Shown piece by piece: positions 15,611 through 24,635 of a stretch of DNA of 28,039 bases; the first letter of the stretch is position 1, and each line of letters begins with the position of its first letter. Below the pieces are notes generated by a model. The model made no database searches, was not told the DNA's origin, and saw only the letters and a list, made by a program, of their open reading frames with translations. Source of the DNA: Opitutales bacterium (GTDB lineage: Bacteria > Verrucomicrobiota > Verrucomicrobiia > Opitutales > UBA9783); assembly GCA_046881885.1 (NCBI GenBank), contig JBKSMP010000005.1, positions 1 to 28,039 on the forward strand. Direction: 5' to 3'. A program made the position numbers and the translations under genes.

Positions 15611-16765
15611 TTATTTTAAAGAAGCAGGAGCTGTTAATGTAGTCGTTGCTTGTACCGGTATTCCTGGCGCTAACAAAGCATGGCCTTCCGCAATCACTTG
15701 CTCATCACCCGACAAACCGGACAAAACAACAATCCAACCATCATAGGTTTGATCGATCTCAACGTAACGCATTTCCGACAAACCTTGTGCATTAACAATG
15801 TAGACAAAACTTCCTTTGTTCCCTTCATGAATAGCACTTTCAGGTACAAGTAGAACGTTTTGCAAGGTTTTGAAATAGATTTTCAAGTCAACACCACGAC
15901 CAGCCCAAAACTGCAATTGTTCATTTTCAAATTGAGCACGAACATCAAATGTACCGGTACCTTTTTCTACCTCATTGCTAACAAAAACCAATTGTCCAGT
16001 TTGCAAAACCGTCGCATCATCAATAAGACGAGCTTCAACCGTAACGGCATCTGGATGTTCTTTCAAAGCCTTCTGCAATTCAACCAAATGCTTTTCAGCC
16101 AAGAATGAATCGACATAAATCGGCTGCAATTGATTGAGGACAGCCAACTGTGTTCCTTTGGTAATAAAAGCGTTGGGATCTACAGCGGATTTTCCCAATT
16201 CTCCAGCAAAAGGCGCTTGAATATAGCAATGCCCTAAATCAATACCTCTAAGTACACAAGCGGCTTTATCAAACTCAATTTGCGCAGCACTCGCATCTAC
16301 ATTGGCCCTATAAGTATCATATTCTTGCTGAGAAACGAAATTACCCGAACGTAAGCCTTCTGAACGCTTTAATTGCAATACATTCAGCTGATGACGAGCT
16401 TCATCCATGGCTAATTGAGCTTCGCTCTGCTTCAAATACGCTTTAAAAGAATCATCATCTATTTGGAACAAAAGATCTCCCTTTTTTACTTGCCCACCAT
16501 TCGGATAAGCGACTTTAACCAAGGTACCCTCAACCTGTGGGACCAAAGAAATTTGCTGAAACGCAGTACACTGCCCAACCGATTCTACATAGCTTTTAAC
16601 AGAAGCTACATGAGGTTTTGCAACCGAAATCGCTAACTTCATAGAAGCAACGACCTCAGTCTTTTTGTGCAAACGCTTTGAAACAAATTGCCAAGCTAAT
16701 ACCAAAAGCAAGAAGCTTACGGTAGCAGCGAGGTAATAAAACCATTGTTTTTTAGTTGTATTCAT
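15611..16765 (-). CDS. RND periplasmic adaptor (membrane fusion protein, HlyD/AcrA family)
   Basis: 384 aa with an N-terminal anchor, a lipoyl-like motif (VEGTLVKVAYPNGGQVKKGDLLFQIDD), a coiled-coil hairpin and a beta-barrel C-terminus. It lies between the OMF and RND genes. Confidence 0.85.
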   Translation of the reverse strand: MNTTKKQWFYYLAATVSFLLLVLAWQFVSKRLHKKTEVVASMKLAISVAKPHVASVKSYVESVGQCTAFQQISLVPQVEGTLVKVAYPNGGQVKKGDLLFQIDDDSFKAYLKQSEAQLAMDEARHQLNVLQLKRSEGLRSGNFVSQQEYDTYRANVDASAAQIEFDKAACVLRGIDLGHCYIQAPFAGELGKSAVDPNAFITKGTQLAVLNQLQPIYVDSFLAEKHLVELQKALKEHPDAVTVEARLIDDATVLQTGQLVFVSNEVEKGTGTFDVRAQFENEQLQFWAGRGVDLKIYFKTLQNVLLVPESAIHEGNKGSFVYIVNAQGLSEMRYVEIDQTYDGWIVVLSGLSGDEQVIAEGHALLAPGIPVQATTTLTAPASLK

Positions 16766-16774
16766 AATAAACGA

Positions 16775-18157
16775 TTAAAAATCTTTTGTCTGTAAACGCC
16801 CAGTTACATAAGCCAATTGGACCCAGTGAATGGCCAAATTGGATTGAGAACTAATACGTTTTACACGTGCTTGAGACAAAGTTTTTTGAGCAGACAACAA
16901 GTCTAACAAACTGTTTAAACCTGCATCATAACCGGTACGAATCGCAATAAAGGATTCTTTGGCTGCAGATTCGAGAGCTTTAGCGGAATCCAACAACTGA
17001 ACAGATGATTGAAAAGCATGAAATGTCGACCAAACATCACGCAAAACTTGCAATTGCTGTTGATGGAATAAATAAGTTTGATTCTTTAAAGCCGCGTAAC
17101 TTTCTAAAGTTTTATATTGGGAATTTCCACCATTGAACAAATCCCACGAAAGACCAATACCTAAGCCATAATTCCGTTGCCAATGGCTGTCTTTATGATA
17201 ACGTAAAGCTCCCACGCTTCCAACTACATCAACAGCTGGCAAAACTTCTCGCTGTGTCTTCAAATGCGCCCAATCTTGTGCGTGCAAATTCGCTTCTGCA
17301 GATAAAATATCTGAACGTTTTTGAAGCGCTTCTTGCAATAAATCTTCGACTTGCTCCGTCAAAACCGTACGTTCTACTTCTCCTGATTGCGTAATTATCT
17401 CAAATTGCTTCGAAACGGGTACTCCAACCGCTAAAGCTAATTCTGCACGAGCAGCTTCTAATGCCGAACGCGCCGATTGAAGTTCATAATCTGCTTGCAA
17501 CTTATCTGCCTTTGCCAACAATGCATCTTGTATTCTGGCCAATCCGCTTTCTTGTTTGTTCTGCACGGCCTCAAAAGAAGCTTCCGCATCCTTTAAATTG
17601 CTTTCACAAGCCTCTATGGTCGCAATCGCAGAAACATATTTATAATAACATTGCTGAATCGTAAAAACAACCGTTTGCAAGGTATTATTAAAGTCGTAAT
17701 TCGCTGCAGCTAACATACAAGCAGCACGTTTAGCGTCTGCAACACTTGCTCCAAACTGGAACAAACGATATGAAACTTGCAAGGAAGGTCCCCAATTGTC
17801 GATTTTACTACTGGCAGCACCTAAAACCGCTCCTGTTTGATTTCTTTTGGCATCTAAATGGGCAGAAATTGTTGGAAAAAATTGCGAATTGGCACGACCC
17901 TTTTGGGCTAAAACTTGCTTTGCATGCCACCAAGCAGAACGTGTTTGTGGATTCTTAGAAAGCCCCAAATCCAACAAATCTGCTAAGTTATATTGTCCGT
18001 TTACATCAAAGGTAGGCGTTTGCATAATCACAGCATTTTTAGGATAGCTTACTGGCTGCCATTCTTGAGAAGCATGCGAACTTACCTTGGAATTCATAGA
18101 AGCACATCCCGATAACAAAAGAAGCAACCCAATTGCTTGATTATTAAAACTTTTCAT
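16775..18157 (-). CDS. outer-membrane efflux lipoprotein (TolC/NodT family)
   Basis: The start is set at ATG 18157 because of the GAAAGGAAGG Shine-Dalgarno sequence 5-6 nt upstream; the ORF-track start 18190 is unlikely. Lipobox LLLLSGC, plus two TolC-type helical repeats. Confidence 0.85.
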   Translation of the reverse strand: MKSFNNQAIGLLLLLSGCASMNSKVSSHASQEWQPVSYPKNAVIMQTPTFDVNGQYNLADLLDLGLSKNPQTRSAWWHAKQVLAQKGRANSQFFPTISAHLDAKRNQTGAVLGAASSKIDNWGPSLQVSYRLFQFGASVADAKRAACMLAAANYDFNNTLQTVVFTIQQCYYKYVSAIATIEACESNLKDAEASFEAVQNKQESGLARIQDALLAKADKLQADYELQSARSALEAARAELALAVGVPVSKQFEIITQSGEVERTVLTEQVEDLLQEALQKRSDILSAEANLHAQDWAHLKTQREVLPAVDVVGSVGALRYHKDSHWQRNYGLGIGLSWDLFNGGNSQYKTLESYAALKNQTYLFHQQQLQVLRDVWSTFHAFQSSVQLLDSAKALESAAKESFIAIRTGYDAGLNSLLDLLSAQKTLSQARVKRISSQSNLAIHWVQLAYVTGRLQTKDF

Positions 18158-18303
18158 ATAACCCTTCCTTTCAAGCATAATACGTACCATTAAATTATTT
18201 TGCCAACATTTTGTCTTCGCAAATTTCCAAATGCAAGCTTTTTTGAAATTATTTTTTTGATCTCTACAAGCTTTCTAATAGAATTTTAGCATTTTTAATT
18301 TTT

Positions 18304-18325
18304 TTCAAAAATTTTCTCAAGATTT
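18304..18325 (+). repeat. left arm of the inverted repeat bracketing the orphan gene
   Basis: TTCAAAAATTTTCTCAAGATTT. The reverse complement of 19841-19861 is TTGAAAAATTTTCT-AAGATTT, differing by one mismatch and one 1-nt indel. Confidence 0.6.
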
Positions 18326-18370
18326 TAGCAAAAACGCCGATAGTATAAACTATAGAACGAGAAATATTTT

Positions 18371-19831
18371 ATGAAAAACAAAATAATTTTAATATTAAGT
18401 GGCCTAATAGTGGCAAATACCGTATTAGGAAACGTTGGAGGAGAAGAAGATGTGTTTGAGACCAAAGAAGACGTATTTGGATCGAACGAAGCCCAACCGG
18501 TACATCAAGAAACGACAACAGTTAATAAAGAAGTAAAAGAGGAACCTACCCTAGCAAACGAGGAATTAAAAGTACAAGTGATTCCTGATTGGGATGCTTT
18601 TTACGAAAGAAATGGTTTTGTGATTCAAAAAGGTATGGATCAGTATGTTATAGAATATTGTACTTTGCACCTGTACGAAACAATTACAAAACTTAAGCCA
18701 TTATATACGGATAAAGCTAAAAAACTAGGTCTCCGTCCTATTGTTTTTAAACAGATAGGTATTTTGGAACCATCCGATATACCTACAGAAGAAAGTGATG
18801 AATTTTCTATTGAAGGGTTTGTGGTTGGACAATCGATTTACGACATAAACTACTTTGAAGAATTTTATAATCCATTAATTAAATACGATAAGCTCATTGT
18901 TTTTGAATGTGTAAACTTAGGCCTTAAAGATGAAATTGAAAAAAGATATGGTTTAAATAAGTGCCAAATTACTTATGAGGGATTCGTTGAATCTTTTGAT
19001 GACTATTTGAAAGTTAAAAAATTAGGTATAGAAAATCTAAAAATTAGGATTGCAAATATTCATCCTAATTTTATTCCAGCAAATGAATTTAGAAAGCAAT
19101 TATCTTCATACGTGCGAGATAACCAAGTTGATAGTATATATATTATAAATAATATATATAAGGGAACAAAAATCCCCATTGAATATTTATACTACGTTGG
19201 AGATAAAATTTCTTTTGCTGAAAAGATTGTACCTGTTTTTAATTCTCAAGACATTGAAGATACTGTGTTTATTGCGAATAAGAATCTATCCAATTGTTAC
19301 GCCGAAGACCAATGTAAAGTTTATCTAAAGAATATAGCATGCGATACTTTGTTTTGCGAAGCTACCCCAGAGATCGGCAAAAATGTTTCTTGCAAAAATA
19401 TTGTTTTCCCTGGTTTTCCAGATAAACTTTCTTATTTTAATAAAATAAACAACTTAGAAGCTGTTTGGCTTGGACTTTCTTCAAGAAAATTTGATGACGT
19501 CAAAAAAGGAGTTGGCGCGTGGAAAGAAGAATGGAAAGAAAAATGGAAAGAAGAGTGGAAGGAAATAATGGAATATTTTACTAAGAAAAACATCTCTTTG
19601 AGGCTTTATAATAAAGAAAGAGCGAATAAATTATTTGATGTTTGTAAAGAGTATATAGAAGAAAAGGATATTATATATTTATTTGGCTACGTAAACGCAA
19701 AAAATAAACCCGAGGAACTTTCTGATAAAGAATGGGAACAAGTATTAATTTTAAAACCAAAAGTTAAAGAATTTATTAAGAAAATTCAGTCTGAAAGTAT
19801 AAAAGCACCAGAACTTGAAGAACAAATGTAG
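18371..19831 (+). CDS. orphan secreted protein (signal peptide, acidic N-region, Cys-containing core, WKEE repeat, Lys/Glu-rich tail)
   Basis: 486 aa with Sec-type signal MKNKIILILSGLIVANTVLG/NV and no lipobox. No family motif recognised. It is much more AT-rich than its neighbours: hand counts give 12-19 G+C per 60-nt line over most of the gene. Confidence 0.7.
   Translation: MKNKIILILSGLIVANTVLGNVGGEEDVFETKEDVFGSNEAQPVHQETTTVNKEVKEEPTLANEELKVQVIPDWDAFYERNGFVIQKGMDQYVIEYCTLHLYETITKLKPLYTDKAKKLGLRPIVFKQIGILEPSDIPTEESDEFSIEGFVVGQSIYDINYFEEFYNPLIKYDKLIVFECVNLGLKDEIEKRYGLNKCQITYEGFVESFDDYLKVKKLGIENLKIRIANIHPNFIPANEFRKQLSSYVRDNQVDSIYIINNIYKGTKIPIEYLYYVGDKISFAEKIVPVFNSQDIEDTVFIANKNLSNCYAEDQCKVYLKNIACDTLFCEATPEIGKNVSCKNIVFPGFPDKLSYFNKINNLEAVWLGLSSRKFDDVKKGVGAWKEEWKEKWKEEWKEIMEYFTKKNISLRLYNKERANKLFDVCKEYIEEKDIIYLFGYVNAKNKPEELSDKEWEQVLILKPKVKEFIKKIQSESIKAPELEEQM
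19520..19567 (+). repeat. in-frame 12-nt tandem repeat x4 (TGGAAAGAAGAA-like) encoding WKEE-WKEK-WKEE-WKEI
   Basis: tggaaagaagaa / tggaaagaaaaa / tggaaagaagag / tggaaggaaata are read directly from the sequence. The repeat starts at codon 384 of the orphan ORF. Confidence 0.9.
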
Positions 19832-19840
19832 ATTAGATAG

Positions 19841-19861
19841 AAATCTTAGAAAATTTTTCAA
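19841..19861 (-). repeat. right arm of the inverted repeat bracketing the orphan gene
   Basis: AAATCTTAGAAAATTTTTCAA lies 10 nt after the orphan-gene stop. It is the reverse complement of the left arm at 18304-18325. Confidence 0.6.
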
Positions 19862-19917
19862 TGATAGTTGAAAGAGACAAGTTGTGACGCAAACAGGCTT
19901 AACACGCTTAATGCGTC

Positions 19918-20673
19918 TTACAGTTCGCAGAAAGTGTCGATAAACGAACAAGGAATTTGAAAATTTTCCTGGAGTAAGTTAAGGATATTTTGCACACCAA
20001 AGCATTCGGTTGCATAATGACCACAAGCGAAAACATTAAGAAAATGCAATTGCGCAAAACTTACTGCGGAATAACGAAGCTCGCCAGTGATCAAAGTATC
20101 TATCGAATGATTAAGCGCATCTGTAAGGATTTCCATACCTCCACTTCCACTTACAATACCGATACGACTAGGCTTTTTAGGTCCAAACCTTAAAGCATGA
20201 AGCGATTTTGGAAAAAGCGTTTGTAAGCGTTTTTCAAGGGAAATTGTCTCTTGTGGATCGCTACAAATAAGCCCACAGGCTTGATCTTTATAATGGGCAA
20301 AATTACCTTCTGGACTAAGGTCTAAATGCTTGGCAATCGTTACATTATGGCCCCATTGCGGGTGAACATCTAGCGGAAGATGCATACTATAAATCGCCAA
20401 ATTAGCATCCATTGCTTTTTTGTAAAGCTCATAAAGTGGACCAACGATCGGTTGTGCCCCATTCCAAAGCAAACCATGATGGACAATTAATAGCTGAGCC
20501 TGTTCTTCAATAGCCTTTTCAATGCTGATTCGGCTAGCATCTACAGCACCTACAATTTTATGAACAGTACCGTTGTTTGCGAATTGAAGGCCATTGAAAG
20601 CATTCGGGAAATCTTGAATATTGCCAACCTGGAGAGTCGTTTCAAGAAATTCAATAATTTTACCAAAATCCAT
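19918..20673 (-). CDS. NIF3/YbgI-family dinuclear-metal protein (GTP cyclohydrolase 1 type 2 homologue)
   Basis: Family motifs HHGLLW, MHLPLDVHP, GSGG, ITGE and CGHYATE are present. 251 aa, starting 1 nt after the glmS stop. Confidence 0.85.
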   Translation of the reverse strand: MDFGKIIEFLETTLQVGNIQDFPNAFNGLQFANNGTVHKIVGAVDASRISIEKAIEEQAQLLIVHHGLLWNGAQPIVGPLYELYKKAMDANLAIYSMHLPLDVHPQWGHNVTIAKHLDLSPEGNFAHYKDQACGLICSDPQETISLEKRLQTLFPKSLHALRFGPKKPSRIGIVSGSGGMEILTDALNHSIDTLITGELRYSAVSFAQLHFLNVFACGHYATECFGVQNILNLLQENFQIPCSFIDTFCEL

Positions 20674-20674
20674 A

Positions 20675-22531
20675 TTATTCTACCGTTACAGATTTGGCTA
20701 AATTACGTGGCTTATCGACATCGCACTTACGTTCCAAAGCTACATAATACGCAAATAATTGCAATGGAATAGCTGTAAGAATCGGTAAAATGGCTTCATG
20801 AACTCTAGGCAATAGGACAAGATCATCGTAAGCTTTTTCAGGAATTTCCATACCTTCAACCCCTAAAGCAATAACCTTACCTTTACGCGCCTTTACTTCC
20901 ATCATACTGCTGATATTTTTTTGCAACATCATCGGATCTGAAGCAAGAACGATCGTTGGCAAGGTCTCATCAATCAAAGCAATAGGACCGTGTTTTAATT
21001 CTCCAGATGGATAGGCTTCGGCATGCACATAAGAAATCTCCTTCAATTTAAGCGCACCTTCTTGAGCAATCGGACAAAGCGATTGACGTCCTAGGAAGAA
21101 ACAATGCTGATAATGCGCATATTTTTGAGCAATTGCCTTCATAATGGGATCGCATTGTTTCAATAACTTACGTGTTAACTCTGGGAGATCTTTTAAGGCT
21201 TGGACGAAATCACAACCTTCCGAAAAGCTCATGTCGCGCATACGACCTAAATACAATGCCAGCATAGCTAAAACACAAATTTGCCCCGTAAAAGCTTTTG
21301 TTGAAGCGACACCAATTTCCGGCCCGGAACGCTGATAAACACCGCCATCTGATTCACGCGCAATTGTTGAACCTACAACATTTGTGATAGCCAATGTGCG
21401 AAAACCTTTACGACGTGCTTCATGAAGCGCACCTAAAGTATCCAAAGTCTCCCCTGATTGGCTTACAACAAAAACAAGGGTGTTTTTATCTAAAGGAGCA
21501 TTGCGATAACGAAACTCCGAAGCACATTCGACCTCTACAGGGATACGCGCATATTTTTCAATTAAATACTCTCCAACTTTACAAGCATAAGAGGCCGTAC
21601 CACAACCGAGCAGCAAAATACGATCAACTTGGCGTAATTCTTGTGGAGACATTTGCAATCCCCCTAAATGCGTCGAACTTCCATCTTTGGAAAAGCGTCC
21701 TAATAAGGTATTTTCGAGGGCAATCGCCTGCTCAAAAATTTCTTTTTGCATATAGTGCTTATACTCACCAAGATCTGAAAAATTGGTATCCCAATCAATC
21801 GTTTCGATTTTTGGATTAAGAGCAGCCTTATTCAGGTCCATAACCGAAAAGTTTTGCCCCTGAATATGCACCATTTCATTATCCGACAAGAAAACAACGT
21901 CTTTAGTATGTCCCCCAAAAGCACTTACGTCACTAGCCAAAAAAAGACCGTCTTCATGAACGCCTAAAATAAGCGGAGAGCTTTTACGAGCACCGATAAG
22001 TTCGTTGGGACAATCACAACATAAAACAGCGATTCCATACGTTCCTTGAAGCTCCAACAAGCTTATACGTACACTTTCTTCAAAACGTTGCGAAGTAGGT
22101 AAGTCCGCCAAACTTTTATAGTGAAAAGCAATCAAATTAGCTAAAACTTCTGTATCGGTATCGGAATAGAAATGGATACCTTTTTCACTTAAAAAATGTT
22201 TAATCGTTGCACAATTTTCAATAACACCATTATGAACTAAAATAATCTTTCCGTCATCGCTACTATGCGGATGTGCATTTTGCTCTGTAACACCTCCATG
22301 TGTGGCCCAACGAGTATGGCCAATACCCACATTTCCAGAGACGTTCATAAAGGCTAATTTTTGTGCTAAATTTTCTACACGTCCTACAGATTTTATAAGA
22401 GAAAAAGGATGCTCTTCATCACCAATCGCTAAGCCTACAGAATCGTAGCCTCTATATTCCAAACATTTGAGGCCTTTGATTAAAACTTGCAAAGCGTCCG
22501 ATTTTCCTATATAACTAATTATACCACACAT
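20675..22531 (-). CDS. glmS: glutamine--fructose-6-phosphate aminotransferase GlmS
   Basis: Starts MCGI (the Cys2 Ntn nucleophile), has GHTRWATHG and two SIS domains, and ends in the canonical KSVTVE. 618 aa. Confidence 0.97.
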   Translation of the reverse strand: MCGIISYIGKSDALQVLIKGLKCLEYRGYDSVGLAIGDEEHPFSLIKSVGRVENLAQKLAFMNVSGNVGIGHTRWATHGGVTEQNAHPHSSDDGKIILVHNGVIENCATIKHFLSEKGIHFYSDTDTEVLANLIAFHYKSLADLPTSQRFEESVRISLLELQGTYGIAVLCCDCPNELIGARKSSPLILGVHEDGLFLASDVSAFGGHTKDVVFLSDNEMVHIQGQNFSVMDLNKAALNPKIETIDWDTNFSDLGEYKHYMQKEIFEQAIALENTLLGRFSKDGSSTHLGGLQMSPQELRQVDRILLLGCGTASYACKVGEYLIEKYARIPVEVECASEFRYRNAPLDKNTLVFVVSQSGETLDTLGALHEARRKGFRTLAITNVVGSTIARESDGGVYQRSGPEIGVASTKAFTGQICVLAMLALYLGRMRDMSFSEGCDFVQALKDLPELTRKLLKQCDPIMKAIAQKYAHYQHCFFLGRQSLCPIAQEGALKLKEISYVHAEAYPSGELKHGPIALIDETLPTIVLASDPMMLQKNISSMMEVKARKGKVIALGVEGMEIPEKAYDDLVLLPRVHEAILPILTAIPLQLFAYYVALERKCDVDKPRNLAKSVTVE

Positions 22532-22577
22532 TTATTACAACAATGAACGAAAAACTTATTAGATCAAGGTTAAAATT

Positions 22578-23867
22578 ATGAGTCGCTTAAAATCGAATGT
22601 TTGCTGCATTATTATGGGCGGAGGCCGCGGAACTCGTTTAGCTCCTCTCACACAAGTGCGTTGCAAACCTGCTGTCCCCTTAGGGGGCAAATATCGCTTA
22701 GTCGATATCCCGATTAGTAACTGCCTCAATTCTGGCTATAATCAAATTTATTTATTAACTCAATACAATACGGAATCCCTCCACAGGCATATACAAGAAA
22801 GTTATCGTTTCGATTATTTTTCTGGCGGATTTGTAGAAATTTTGTCTGCAGAACAAACGCAAGTCAGCGAAGATTGGTATCGTGGAACAGCGGATGCAGT
22901 ACGTCAAAATTTAATCCATATCCCTTTAAAAGACGAACAAACAGTCGTTATCCTTTCTGGAGATCAATTGTATCGGATGGATCTCAATGCATTTGTGAAA
23001 CAACACCTTGAGACAGGAGCAGATATTACGATCGCTGCTAAAGCGATGCCATCACACCTAGCTTACCAATTTGGTATTATGGAAGTGGCTTCGGACTGGC
23101 AAATCAAACGTTTTGTTGAAAAACCAAAGGATCCTGAAGTCTTAAAATCGCTTTATTTGTGTGACCATTTACGCGCTCAAGTAAAAGATACCAGTGATCA
23201 AACTTATTGTATGGCGTCTATGGGAATTTATGCCTTTAAGGCTGGCGTATTGAAGGAATGTTTATGTTCCGAACATCACGATTTTGGTAAAGATATTATC
23301 CCCGGAGCACTTAATCGTTACAAATTATGCGGGTATCTATTTGATGATTATTGGGAAGATATTGGTACCATTGCTTCCTTCTTTGAAGCCAATTTGATGC
23401 TTACGGATTCTTTGCCAAAGTTCGATTTTTATAATGAAATAGCTCCGATTTATTCCAATCCAAGGAATTTAGCAGCATCTAAGCTTAACAGCTGTACGGT
23501 AGATCACTCCATTGTTGCGGAAGGTTGTATCGTAACACGTACCCAACTTAATCGTTGTATCATTGGTATTCGATCAATTATTCGCGGCGGCTCTCAACTT
23601 GAAAATGTTTACATGATGGGCGCTGATCGCTACGAAACCTTAGATCGTATGGCTGAAAATGAGGCACAAAATATTCCAAACTTAGGCATCGGAAAAAATT
23701 GCTACATTCGAAATGCTATTTTAGATCGTAATGTTCGCATTGGAAATAACGTCCGCTTATCCCCAGAGGGCAAACCAGAAGGATTCCAACAAGGTCCAAT
23801 TTTTGTCCGAGACGGCATTCTTTGCGTTGCTAAAGACGGTGTCATTCCAGATAATACCATTATTTAA
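22578..23867 (+). CDS. glgC: glucose-1-phosphate adenylyltransferase GlgC
   Basis: IIMGGGRGTRLAPLT..CKPAVPLGGKYRLVDIPISNCLNSG, plus GTADAV and YWEDIGT. The C-terminus is a left-handed beta-helix. 429 aa. Confidence 0.93.
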   Translation: MSRLKSNVCCIIMGGGRGTRLAPLTQVRCKPAVPLGGKYRLVDIPISNCLNSGYNQIYLLTQYNTESLHRHIQESYRFDYFSGGFVEILSAEQTQVSEDWYRGTADAVRQNLIHIPLKDEQTVVILSGDQLYRMDLNAFVKQHLETGADITIAAKAMPSHLAYQFGIMEVASDWQIKRFVEKPKDPEVLKSLYLCDHLRAQVKDTSDQTYCMASMGIYAFKAGVLKECLCSEHHDFGKDIIPGALNRYKLCGYLFDDYWEDIGTIASFFEANLMLTDSLPKFDFYNEIAPIYSNPRNLAASKLNSCTVDHSIVAEGCIVTRTQLNRCIIGIRSIIRGGSQLENVYMMGADRYETLDRMAENEAQNIPNLGIGKNCYIRNAILDRNVRIGNNVRLSPEGKPEGFQQGPIFVRDGILCVAKDGVIPDNTII

Positions 23868-23888
23868 AAAATTTCTAATAAGTTTGCA
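23866..23888 (+). repeat. copy of dispersed AT-rich motif AAAAAATTTCTAATAAGTTTGCA overlapping the glgC stop
   Basis: Matches 20 of 23 positions of the element after mnmA (11356-11377, minus strand). A related copy, CAAAAATTCTGTTAGGATT, lies at 23939-23957. Confidence 0.5.
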
Positions 23889-23966
23889 AATTCAAGTTTT
23901 ATTTAGCAAATACTAACCATTGTTTCTTGACTTGTTTGCAAAAATTCTGTTAGGATTAGCTATCTT

Positions 23967-24635
23967 ATGAAGAAAGGTGAAAATTTGGAACAAGTAGAAG
24001 TTGTTGAGATTGCTTCTACAGAAAAGAAAATTTGGAATTGGTTAGGCAAATATGGCTTTTGTTTACTTCGATTAGGACTGGTTTTAGTCCTTGTTTGGGG
24101 AGCTTATTTGTTGTTAAGTGCTTGGAGTGATTGTAGAGCAAAAAAACATGCTAATGCTTATGCTCAATTAACAACGTTGCAAAGCCGTGTGGAATGGGCT
24201 GAGCAAGCGCATCCAAAAGCATTGCGTAATTTACAAGGTTTCGTTTTCTTAGAAAATGCGCATACTTTATGGGATGCTGGAGAAATTGAAAAATCTATTT
24301 TGTATTTCCAAAAAGCACGTGATTATTTAAAGATTTCTCCATTGAAAGAACAAGCATTAGCCGGTTGTGCTTTTGGATACTTGCAAGTCGAGCAATTAGA
24401 CATGGCAGAAAAATTGTTTTTAGAGCTTAATAAATGCACATTTAAATACTTGCGTGCACAATCTTTATATGCGCTTTGCTCCATTGCAGAACAAAGAAAA
24501 GACGATGTTGTATTAGAGAGTTATAAAAAACAGTTGCAGAAATACGAAGAAGGTGATACACTAATAAGGCAATTGGACTTATTAAAATTAATACAAACTT
24601 CTTTGAATGACACAAAAAACTTGCATAACCATTGA
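23967..24635 (+). CDS. N-terminally anchored membrane protein with TPR-like helical domain (YfgM-like architecture)
   Basis: 222 aa with a short acidic N-terminus and one TM helix (FCLLRLGLVLVLVWGAYLLL), then helical repeats with TPR-like A/Y/L spacing. The resemblance to YfgM/UPF0070 is architectural only. Confidence 0.5.
   Translation: MKKGENLEQVEVVEIASTEKKIWNWLGKYGFCLLRLGLVLVLVWGAYLLLSAWSDCRAKKHANAYAQLTTLQSRVEWAEQAHPKALRNLQGFVFLENAHTLWDAGEIEKSILYFQKARDYLKISPLKEQALAGCAFGYLQVEQLDMAEKLFLELNKCTFKYLRAQSLYALCSIAEQRKDDVVLESYKKQLQKYEEGDTLIRQLDLLKLIQTSLNDTKNLHNH

Noticed and set aside
21394-21819. Long ORFs antisense to conserved genes: 21394..21819 in glmS, 12939..13259 and others in the RND gene, 9287..9643 in the pilO/N-like genes, 7711..7950 and 8116..8397 in the secretin gene, 26177..26539 and 26633..26959 in the APH-like gene, and 15860..16108 and 16415..16636 in the MFP gene.
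   Set aside because: Each lies fully inside a gene with strong family motifs on the opposite strand. Their products are low-complexity or Cys/Phe/Leu-rich with no motifs, as expected for shadow ORFs.
22532-22577. A glmS ribozyme or other leader element upstream of glmS.
   Set aside because: Only 46 nt separate the divergent glmS and glgC starts, far too short for the ribozyme. No conserved core is seen.
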